A stretch of 64,000 bases of DNA from Clostridia bacterium. GTDB taxonomy: Bacteria > Bacillota > DTU025. The translations under genes and the position numbers were made by a program. Location of the stretch: positions 5,841-69,840 of the forward strand of contig JAYFQW010000024.1 in NCBI GenBank assembly GCA_034926675.1, given 5' to 3'. The notes under the pieces are model-generated. The model did no database searches and was not told the DNA's origin. It saw only the letters and a program-made list of their open reading frames with translations. Below, one piece after another: positions 1 through 7,885 of this stretch; the stretch's first letter is position 1, and every line of letters starts with the position of its first letter.

Positions 1-548
1 CTACGGGCGGCAGATGACACGAGTTCCTCGAGATCCGCCGAGTCCGCTACGGGCCTGCCCTCCACCGAAAGGACGACATCTCCGACCCGAATGCCTGCAT
101 CGCGCGCCGGGAGGTATCTGCCGCCATCTACGCCGATCACTGGGTACAACCCCATCACACACACACCGTTGGATGCAAGGAGTATTCCGATGGAGTGGCC
201 GCCTGGCACAACACGCATCTCAGGCACGACGTCAACTACGAGACGCCTGACTGGAATGCTCAGCCTGCCTTCGCCCAGACGCACCTCGACCTCAGTCCGG
301 CCTGGGCGGGCGGGCGTAACAGAGATGCTGCTTCCGCCTGCCCTATTGATGAGAAGAGAGTCCGACGGATCTGAGAGCACCGCCCCCTGCCAGGGGATTC
401 GCGTGTCGATGTCGAACGCCTGGCCCTGGGACACCCGCATTCGAGCTGGCCTCCAGGTCAGCTCCAGGATCGGACCTCCTGCGAAGAGCAGCACAGTCAG
501 GATAAGGATTGCTGCCGCGCCTGCAACCCATTTCGACGTTGTCCGCAT
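1..548 (-). CDS. spoIVB: Stage IV sporulation protein B (SpoIVB), N-terminal part; gene runs off the window start
   Basis: Reverse-complement translation from ATG at 548-546 gives MRTTSKWVAGAAAILILTVLLFAGG... with no stop before position 1. The N-terminal TM anchor is followed by a PDZ region VVDVVPEMRVVPGGHSIGILLASNGVCVMGLYPV...AGIRVGDVVLSVEG that aligns closely with B. subtilis SpoIVB. It is absent from the ORF track because it has no stop within the window. Confidence 0.7.
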   Translation of the reverse strand, partial: MRTTSKWVAGAAAILILTVLLFAGGPILELTWRPARMRVSQGQAFDIDTRIPWQGAVLSDPSDSLLINRAGGSSISVTPARPGRTEVEVRLGEGRLSIPVRRLVVDVVPEMRVVPGGHSIGILLASNGVCVMGLYPVIGVDGGRYLPARDAGIRVGDVVLSVEGRPVADSADLEELVSSAAR

Positions 549-605
549 GTTCCACCCGCTTCGTCGCGGGCTCTCGTCGGGAAAACGCTGACGCCCGCGC
601 GGGTA

Positions 606-635
606 TAAAGTGTCCGCGGTGGATGCAGCGTATTC
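606..635 (-). promoter_or_regulatory. Candidate forespore-type (sigmaG/sigmaF-like) promoter upstream of spoIVB
   Basis: On the minus strand there is GAATA (plus 631-635), an 18-nt spacer, then CACTTTA (plus 606-612). This resembles the sigmaG consensus GHATR-N18-CATNNTA and lies about 55 nt upstream of the spoIVB ATG. Sequence match only. Confidence 0.25.
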
Positions 636-686
636 GCGACAAAACATGCTCGGGTTGGCAACGCGGTATGGCAGTGTGGTAGGTGT

Positions 687-2072
687 CTACGCCCGTTTCA
701 TGCGGGAGATGAAGAAGCCGTCGGCGCCGGATTTCGAGGGGAGCAACTCAAACATGTCGGAGGACTCGCTCCTGCATAAGCCACACGCCGCCTCTGAGGG
801 CATGTGCGGCGCGATGGCGGAGCGTGCGAAATCGCGATGACTTGCGAGAAAGGCAGCGACCTGTTCCTGATTCTCCGCCCGGGTGAGTGTGCATGTGCTG
901 TATACCAGCGTTCCGCCGCTTTTCACGCAGGCGGCGGCGGAACTGAGTATCTGGGCCTGTAGGTCCGCCAGGACGGCTATCTCCTCCGGACTCTTCCGAA
1001 AACGCGCGTCCGGGCGTCGCGCGAGCACTCCCAGCCCAGAGCAGGGTGCGTCCACAAGAACGGCATCAGCCTGCCCCGAATAGGACTCGGCCAGGACACG
1101 TGCATCACAGCAGATCGGCTCAACAGAGGATAGGCCCAGCCTCTCGGATGACTGCCTGATCATCTCCACTCGGTCAGGTGCGACATCGGCCGCGAGAACT
1201 CGTCCGGAATCCCGTGCAAGCTCCGCAATGTGAGTGGCTTTCCCGCCCGGAGCAGCACAGGCATCGATCACGAAATCCCCAGGCTTCGCTGCCAGAACAT
1301 GGGCAACGAGCATCGAACTCTCGTCCTGAACGGAGAACTGCCCCTGATCGAAGCCTGGAAGGGACTCCACCGAATCGATGGGCCCCTCTACTCTGAGAGC
1401 CTCCGGGACCAGCTGGCCAGGCGTTGCCGACACCCCTGCCTTCTTCAGGGAATCAGACACAGCATCGACTGTTCCCCTTGCTGTGTTGGCGCGCAACACC
1501 ACCGAAGGAGCGTCATTGCCCGCCCGAAGCATCTCCTCGGCATTCTCCGGGCCGTAATTCTCAATCCAAAGCCGCACAAGCCACTCTGGATAGGAGAGCC
1601 TCACTGCCATAGCGCGGGCCTGCCCGCAAGCGGGATCGGGAAAACCCGGTTCGAAACTGGGTGATGCGATCCGCCTCAGCACCGCATTGGCGAACGAGGC
1701 GATGCCAGAATGCGTGAGGCGCCTCGCGGATTCCACTGCCTCTGACACAGCAGAATGCTTCGGGATCCGCGACATGAACATGATCTGGTAGGCCCCTGTG
1801 CGCAGTATCGCGAGAGCCAGAGGGTCGATCTGCGACACCAGCCTCGCAGCAGAAGACTCAATGCACCAGTCCAGGGTGACCCTGCGGCGGATGGCGCCGA
1901 AGGCGATCTCCATGCCAAGCCTTCGCTCCCTTGGATCCATCACCTTCCCGCACAAAGACAATGACCAGGCGGCATGGGCGAACATGCCGTCCTGATCACA
2001 TCGGTAGGCGACTTCTATTGCGAGGTCTCTTCCACACGGGGCTGACCTCCGAAAGTCAGGGCGCCTAATCAC
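687..2072 (-). CDS. rsmB: 16S rRNA (cytosine967-C5)-methyltransferase RsmB/Sun
   Basis: 461 aa with an N-terminal NusB-like region and a SAM-methyltransferase core carrying the DACAAPGGKATH and DAPCSGLGV motifs. It sits downstream of fmt as in Bacillus. Confidence 0.9.
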   Translation of the reverse strand: MIRRPDFRRSAPCGRDLAIEVAYRCDQDGMFAHAAWSLSLCGKVMDPRERRLGMEIAFGAIRRRVTLDWCIESSAARLVSQIDPLALAILRTGAYQIMFMSRIPKHSAVSEAVESARRLTHSGIASFANAVLRRIASPSFEPGFPDPACGQARAMAVRLSYPEWLVRLWIENYGPENAEEMLRAGNDAPSVVLRANTARGTVDAVSDSLKKAGVSATPGQLVPEALRVEGPIDSVESLPGFDQGQFSVQDESSMLVAHVLAAKPGDFVIDACAAPGGKATHIAELARDSGRVLAADVAPDRVEMIRQSSERLGLSSVEPICCDARVLAESYSGQADAVLVDAPCSGLGVLARRPDARFRKSPEEIAVLADLQAQILSSAAACVKSGGTLVYSTCTLTRAENQEQVAAFLASHRDFARSAIAPHMPSEAACGLCRSESSDMFELLPSKSGADGFFISRMKRA

Positions 2073-2775
2073 GTCTGCTGTTCCTCAGGACAAGCAACCT
2101 CAGAAGCTGGGTTACTGCAACCGCTGCCGCAGCGACATAGGTGAGGGCGGCCGCCTCAAGGACACGTCTGGCTGCAGGTATTTCGTCTGCTGTCACATAG
2201 CCGCCGTCTGATAGAAGCGCTAGAGCCCTCGCGCTCGCGTTGAACTCCACCGGAAGGGTTATCAGCTGAAATGCCACCGCTCCGATGAAAAGCCATATTC
2301 CCAGGCTCATCAGGAACTGCCCACCCTGGCTTGACGCTAGGAGCATGCCAACGATGAACAGCGGAACTGCTAGAGACGACCCGAAACTCGCCACTGGCAA
2401 TATGGCCTGGCGCAGAGCCAAAGGGCCGTAGCTATCCTGGTTCTGCATCGCATGGCCACTCTCATGGGCCGCAACTGCCACCGCGGCAATTGACGGACTC
2501 CCATATACTTGCGGAGAAAGGCGAAGGGTCTTAGTTCTTGGGTCAAAATGATCTCCCAGCATTGTGCCTATCTCTTCGACCTTGACATCGCGCGCGCCAT
2601 TCGAAGCGAGTATCCCGCGCGCCACATCGCCGCCTGTCATGCCGTAACTGGAGCGAATGCGCAGGTAGCGATTGAAGGTAGACTGCACCTTCATTTGAGC
2701 GTACAGCGCGAATATGAACGCCGGTATCACCAGCAGATAGGTAGGGTCGTAATAGTACATGAAAGGCAAGGTCAA
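2065..2775 (-). CDS. Putative neutral zinc metallopeptidase (YugP-like membrane Zn-peptidase)
   Basis: 236 aa with an HESGHAMQ (HExxH) motif and hydrophobic segments. It overlaps rsmB by 8 bp. Confidence 0.7.
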   Translation of the reverse strand: MTLPFMYYYDPTYLLVIPAFIFALYAQMKVQSTFNRYLRIRSSYGMTGGDVARGILASNGARDVKVEEIGTMLGDHFDPRTKTLRLSPQVYGSPSIAAVAVAAHESGHAMQNQDSYGPLALRQAILPVASFGSSLAVPLFIVGMLLASSQGGQFLMSLGIWLFIGAVAFQLITLPVEFNASARALALLSDGGYVTADEIPAARRVLEAAALTYVAAAAVAVTQLLRLLVLRNSRRD

Positions 2776-2811
2776 TCACCCCTTTCCCATTCGAGCGCTC
2801 CCTGCAGCGCA

Positions 2812-3771
2812 CTAGTTTGACGAGCCGTAGCCCAGAAGCGCACCGGAGGAGATCCTCCGGCCCCTCGCGAACTCCGAGGCCTTCATGCACCTCTTGCCGG
2901 CAGGCTGAACCTCATCCATGGCCACTGCTTCAGCGCCAGACCTGCCGCATCTGATGATGAGCTCACATCGTGGCCCCACGATTACCTGCCCGGAAAGGCA
3001 GTTCGCGCCTGCCGGGCTATCCACCACACTGGCACGGAGGACCCGCAGAAGCTGTCCGTCAAGGCTGGTCCTGGCGCCAGGCTGGGGTGATAGCGCGCGA
3101 ATACGGTTGACTATCTCGCGCGCTCCCCGAGTCCAGTCGATCTCCTCATCCTCAGGGGATATCTTCGGCGCATAGGTGGCAAGGCCGTGATCCTGTGCTT
3201 TTCGAGGCGCTCTCCGCTCTTCCAATAGACGAAGAAACCTGACAAGGAGTTCCCCACCAGCCTGCGCAAGCATTCGCGACATCTCGCCTGCATCCGCATG
3301 TGCCGGGATTGCTACGCGCTGAACTAGGCCCATATCGCCAGTGTCCCAGCCTTCGTCCATGTACATGATCGTTACTCCGGTCTCGGCATCTCCGTTCATG
3401 AGGCATCTCTGAATCGGCGCAGCGCCTCTGTAGCGAGGCAGAAGCGAAGGATGGACGTTGATAAACCCATGCCTGGGAACGGCTAGAAGGCTGCCTGGGA
3501 TCTTCTGCCCGAAGGCCGCCACCACAGCCACATCTGGATCGAGGGACTGCATCGACTGGATGAACTCCGGAGTGCTCACCCGGCGAGGCTGAACAACGGC
3601 GTAACCAAGCTTCTCTGCGGCTTCCTTCACCGGCGGAGATGCAATGCGTCTGCCCCTGCCCGCGGGCTTGTCGGGCTGTGTTGCTACGCATTGAATATCA
3701 TGCCCCGCAGAGCTCAAAGCAAGAAGTGCTGGCACGGCAAACTCGGGCGTTCCCATGAACACTACGCGCAC
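2812..3771 (-). CDS. fmt: Methionyl-tRNA formyltransferase
   Basis: 319 aa; MRVVFMGTPEFAVPAL N-terminus and formyltransferase core. Lies in the def-fmt pair. Confidence 0.93.
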   Translation of the reverse strand: MRVVFMGTPEFAVPALLALSSAGHDIQCVATQPDKPAGRGRRIASPPVKEAAEKLGYAVVQPRRVSTPEFIQSMQSLDPDVAVVAAFGQKIPGSLLAVPRHGFINVHPSLLPRYRGAAPIQRCLMNGDAETGVTIMYMDEGWDTGDMGLVQRVAIPAHADAGEMSRMLAQAGGELLVRFLRLLEERRAPRKAQDHGLATYAPKISPEDEEIDWTRGAREIVNRIRALSPQPGARTSLDGQLLRVLRASVVDSPAGANCLSGQVIVGPRCELIIRCGRSGAEAVAMDEVQPAGKRCMKASEFARGRRISSGALLGYGSSN

Positions 3772-3774
3772 AGG

Positions 3775-4257
3775 CTAATCACCATCCGATTCTTCCACAG
3801 GATGCACATTCTCAGCCTTGTCAGTGAAGAGCACACCATCAAGATGATCTATCTCATGCTGCAAAACCCGGGCCAGAAGATCCTGCGCCTGGATTGCGAC
3901 GCGTCGTCCGCGTCTGTCGTACGCCTCAACATCCACTTCGGCCGCCCGCTTGACGCGCCCCACCATTCCGGGAACCGAGAGGCATCCTTCATCGCTGCAA
4001 TCCTCGCCTTTGGCGGCAACCACGGCGGGGTTGAACAGCGTCCTAGGTCCGTCACCCGCGTCCACAACTATCAGGCGCAGCGCGACACCGACCTGAGGGG
4101 CGGCTAGCCCAACGCCGGGCGCGTCGTACATCGTCTCCAACATGTTCGAAGCAAGCTTAAGCATCGCTGCGTCGATGGTCCGGACCGGCCTGGCCTTGCC
4201 CCTGAGCACCGGATCGCCATCGGTGCGAATCTCCAATATCAACTGCGAATCCTCCAT
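3775..4257 (-). CDS. def: Peptide deformylase
   Basis: 160 aa with the GCLSVPG, EGCLS and QHEIDHLDG motifs. Confidence 0.93.
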   Translation of the reverse strand: MEDSQLILEIRTDGDPVLRGKARPVRTIDAAMLKLASNMLETMYDAPGVGLAAPQVGVALRLIVVDAGDGPRTLFNPAVVAAKGEDCSDEGCLSVPGMVGRVKRAAEVDVEAYDRRGRRVAIQAQDLLARVLQHEIDHLDGVLFTDKAENVHPVEESDGD

Positions 4258-4316
4258 TCAGATCGTACGGATCAGGTGATGACGAACCCCACAGCACGGG
4301 ATGCTGCACTACACCA

Positions 4317-6791
4317 CTACAGGATACTCTCTGGGTTCGTGTTCAGAGCTATTGTAACCCCGCTTGCCGGACCTTCGCAACCTGGCAGGGCCGCAGCGCG
4401 CAGGGCTGCGATGCTTCCGGAGAGCAGCAACACATGCCACCTGTATTTGCCCGCTATCCTCGAGATTGGAGCAGGCGCAGGGCCAACGATCTCCACCTGC
4501 CCTTCGAGAACGGGCTTGCTGCCAGCACAGGCCGATGCTGCCCTGCCTGCGGCCTTCACGACCTGGGATTCATCAGGGCCGGCGATCAGGATGCGCAGAA
4601 GAGCGCGCACTGGAGGATAGCCAAGGCTTTCTCTCTCGGCGAGTTCCGCCTCGTAGAATCCACGGTAGTCGTGGCATGCCGCCTTGGAGATGGAATAATG
4701 CCCTGGGTTGTACGTCTGCACGAACACCGTTCCTGGAACCTCACCCCGGCCGGATCTGCCAGCCACCTGCGATATCAGCTGGAATGTGCGTTCGGCGGCG
4801 CGGAAGTCCGGGAGATTGAGAGCGGTGTCCGCCGAAACCACTCCCACCACGGTCACGTTCGGGAAGTCCAACCCTTTCGCGATCATCTGTGTCCCAACCA
4901 GGATATCCGTGTTTCCGCGGCCAAAAGCCTCCAGTATTGCCCTGTGAGCGCCTTTGCGCCGAGTGGTGTCCACATCCATTCTGGCCACCCGTGCATCCGG
5001 GAAGGAACTCCGCGCTTCCTCCTCGATGCGCTCAGTGCCTGCCCCGAAATACCTGATTCTTGCGCCTCCGCAAGATGGACAGGCCGTTGGGACCTGCTCC
5101 ACATGGCCGCAGTAGTGGCACACCATCTCCGAGCATCCAGCGTGGTAGGTCAGGGATACTTCGCAGTTCGGGCATTTTACAACATAGCCGCAATCCCGGC
5201 ATAGCACGAAAGTGGAGTATCCCCTGCGGTTCATGAACAGAATCGCCTGACGCCCATGGGCGAGGCACTCCTGCATTGCCCCACGAAGTGAGCGGCTGAA
5301 GATCGTCCGATTGCCGGACTTGAGCTCGGCACGCATGTCGACCACGACGATGCTCGGCAGAGGTCTGTCATCGATTCGACTGGGCATCTCCACCCTTGAG
5401 TAGTGCCCTGCCTCGGAAGCCCGGTACGACTCTATGCTTGGAGTCGCGGATCCCAACACCACCGTCGCCCCGGCCCTCTCTGCCCTGAACCTAGCCACCT
5501 CACGCGCATGATACCTTGGGGAATCATCTTGCTTGTACGAGGAGTCATGTTCCTCGTCGATGATGATGACCCCTAGCGACTTCACCGGAGCGAAGACCGC
5601 CGATCTTGCTCCAACAACCACATCGGCTTCGCCGCGGCGTATCCTCTCCCACTCGTCGAGCCTCTCGCCCGCCCCGAGTGCGCTGTGGAGAACCGCGACG
5701 CGGCGGCCGAACCTCCCCATTACCCTGTCCGCCATCTGCGGGGTAAGCGATATGTCCGGCACAAGCAGAATAGCCTGCTTGCCCTGGGAAAGCGCGTGCT
5801 CGATCGCCTTCAGGTACACCTCAGTCTTGCCGGAGCTGGTCACGCCGTGAACTAGCACCACGCCCCCGCCGGAGTCCATACGGGAAACCACGGCATCCAC
5901 CGCTCGCTCTTGATCAGGCGCGAGTTTGAAAGCAGCTTGACGCGGAATGCCGAGGCCTGCGGCTGGGTCTCTGGCCACTGTTAGGTCCGCCCGCTCCACT
6001 AGCTTCCGTCGAACGAGCGCATCAAGAGCGGACGAAGAGCAGCCCGCCTGCCGCAGCAGATCGGCCCTTGGGATCGGCGCCGGCCCTGTCGGCGCCAGTC
6101 CATTCTGCGCCGCCCTGGCCAGCGCCCTCAGGATTCCGGCCTGAGCAGGACTCCTTGCGGCAAGCTCATCGGCGATGGATTCGGGATCCACTGCGGAAGC
6201 CGAAAGCCGAAACGCGCGGACGGTGCGGGGACGGACCTTCGGAGGCATCCATTCGGCCTCAGTCTCCACAAGCCCAGCTCGGACCAAGGCCGCAACCTGC
6301 CTTGATGCATCGCCAATCCCGAGCACAGTCCCGATTTCATCTCTCCGGGCAGCTCCGCCGCACTCAACAAGGTAGTCGAAAACCCGACGCGCGGTCGCCG
6401 TGAGCCTCGCGGCCCGGGCCTCTTCCTCAGAGCCGCTGACGTGCACCACAACCGACGACTCCACGCGAGTGCCCGATGGGAGCATGACCCGAAGCGCATC
6501 TACTAGCAAGCATATGTAAGTCTCCGACATCCACCTGGCGAGATCGATCAGATCCTCGGGGATCGGAGGGGCGCCCGCGACTGGTCCGATGATCTCGCGC
6601 ACCTGATCAACCTCGGACTCATCAATGCGGCCAACAACGAATCCCTCCACGGATCGCTGGCCGAACGGCACCATCACTCTGCACCCGGGAACGATCTTCT
6701 CATGTAGATCCTCTGGGACTATGTAATCGTAGCACTTGTCAACCCTTCGGGCGGGCACGTCCACAACCACCTGGGCGTATCTTGCCTCCAA
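4317..6791 (-). CDS. priA: Primosomal protein N' (replication restart helicase PriA)
   Basis: 824 aa with DEAD/DEAH helicase motifs (GVTSSGKTEVY, DEEHD), a Cys4 zinc-binding region (CPNC...CHYCG...CPSCG) and a C-terminal domain. Follows the priA-def-fmt synteny. Confidence 0.93.
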   Translation of the reverse strand: MEARYAQVVVDVPARRVDKCYDYIVPEDLHEKIVPGCRVMVPFGQRSVEGFVVGRIDESEVDQVREIIGPVAGAPPIPEDLIDLARWMSETYICLLVDALRVMLPSGTRVESSVVVHVSGSEEEARAARLTATARRVFDYLVECGGAARRDEIGTVLGIGDASRQVAALVRAGLVETEAEWMPPKVRPRTVRAFRLSASAVDPESIADELAARSPAQAGILRALARAAQNGLAPTGPAPIPRADLLRQAGCSSSALDALVRRKLVERADLTVARDPAAGLGIPRQAAFKLAPDQERAVDAVVSRMDSGGGVVLVHGVTSSGKTEVYLKAIEHALSQGKQAILLVPDISLTPQMADRVMGRFGRRVAVLHSALGAGERLDEWERIRRGEADVVVGARSAVFAPVKSLGVIIIDEEHDSSYKQDDSPRYHAREVARFRAERAGATVVLGSATPSIESYRASEAGHYSRVEMPSRIDDRPLPSIVVVDMRAELKSGNRTIFSRSLRGAMQECLAHGRQAILFMNRRGYSTFVLCRDCGYVVKCPNCEVSLTYHAGCSEMVCHYCGHVEQVPTACPSCGGARIRYFGAGTERIEEEARSSFPDARVARMDVDTTRRKGAHRAILEAFGRGNTDILVGTQMIAKGLDFPNVTVVGVVSADTALNLPDFRAAERTFQLISQVAGRSGRGEVPGTVFVQTYNPGHYSISKAACHDYRGFYEAELAERESLGYPPVRALLRILIAGPDESQVVKAAGRAASACAGSKPVLEGQVEIVGPAPAPISRIAGKYRWHVLLLSGSIAALRAAALPGCEGPASGVTIALNTNPESIL

Positions 6792-6851
6792 GGTGGCCTC
6801 ACCTCGTATCCGTGTAGGCTTGCAGGGCTGGCGCCCTGCATCCGATTGAGA

Positions 6852-7367
6852 TCATGGCCTGCGCCGCTCGCGCAGGATGATTCCTTCAAGGTGTCTTGCA
6901 AGGCGGGTGACTGGAAGTTCATGATCGGAGATGGGCGTGACCAGGATGGAGTATAGCCGAAGCATGCGCGCTCCCAGGATGTCGGTGAAGAGTTGATCGC
7001 CAACCATCACTGTGCCCGAAGGACCAGTTCCAAGGATCCGCATAGCGCGGCGAAATCCCCATGGCCACGGCTTCACCCAGCCGTACACGGCGGGAATGCC
7101 AAGAGCATCCCGGAAATGCTCACCCCTGGCGGCACAGTTGTTAGTGAGAAGGCACAGGCCGAACCCGGCCGCCCGCGCCCGCGCAAGCCAGTCCAAGGCC
7201 ATCGGCGAGACCTTAGTGCTTCCCCAGGCAGCAAGGGTATTGTCCACATCGACGATGATTCCGGAGATCCCTCGCGCCGCTAGGGCCTTCAGGTCGATCT
7301 CCCATACTGCATCCACGCGTTCGTCCGGAGAGAGCAGGCTGATCATCCTCCCATCCCATGGCGCCAT
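6852..7367 (-). CDS. HAD-IIIA family phosphatase (YqeG-like)
   Basis: 171 aa with the IIVDVDNTL (DxDxT) motif and GDQLFTDI. Confidence 0.7.
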   Translation of the reverse strand: MAPWDGRMISLLSPDERVDAVWEIDLKALAARGISGIIVDVDNTLAAWGSTKVSPMALDWLARARAAGFGLCLLTNNCAARGEHFRDALGIPAVYGWVKPWPWGFRRAMRILGTGPSGTVMVGDQLFTDILGARMLRLYSILVTPISDHELPVTRLARHLEGIILRERRRP

Positions 7368-7405
7368 TATACCATGCGATGGGCGTGTGGTGATCCCTGC
7401 CAGTT

Positions 7406-7885
7406 TCAGGGGCCTGTTCTCCAGGCCTCCTTCACCGTCCTTTCGATCTCTGCCGTAAGGTCAGGTCCGAGCGCGCACTGCGGAGAGTTGACCTCGGAAG
7501 TAGTGCGATTCTCAACGATGAGGACCGCCGCGTCAGGACTCAGCACGTGAGTGTGCCAGACTGACCGTCGCACGTTGTACGCCTTCATGGGGTTCATCTC
7601 AAGCGCCCTCATCGACTCAACAGATCCATCCGGAGCGCCGCTCTCGAAAGCAAACAGAATGCACTTCCCGGCAAGCAGCACGAACACTTCGTCGGTCTCG
7701 TCGTGGCGCTGCATTGAGCGGATGTTCCCCGGCGCAACCCCGTCACAGAAACGCAATACCGCAACTCGCCATTCTCCGAAGTCTATCAATGGACTATACC
7801 CATCTGAGGTCATCGGGTATTCGTCGATCAGATGCGCGATACCCGCACGGCTTAACATGGCAGCACCCCACATTCTCTCACCCAA
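7406..7885 (-). CDS. Hypothetical protein, possibly cupin-fold; last gene of the sugar locus
   Basis: 159 aa with no recognisable catalytic motif. It overlaps the stop of the upstream GH gene by 8 bp, which suggests co-transcription. Confidence 0.4.
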   Translation of the reverse strand: MGERMWGAAMLSRAGIAHLIDEYPMTSDGYSPLIDFGEWRVAVLRFCDGVAPGNIRSMQRHDETDEVFVLLAGKCILFAFESGAPDGSVESMRALEMNPMKAYNVRRSVWHTHVLSPDAAVLIVENRTTSEVNSPQCALGPDLTAEIERTVKEAWRTGP

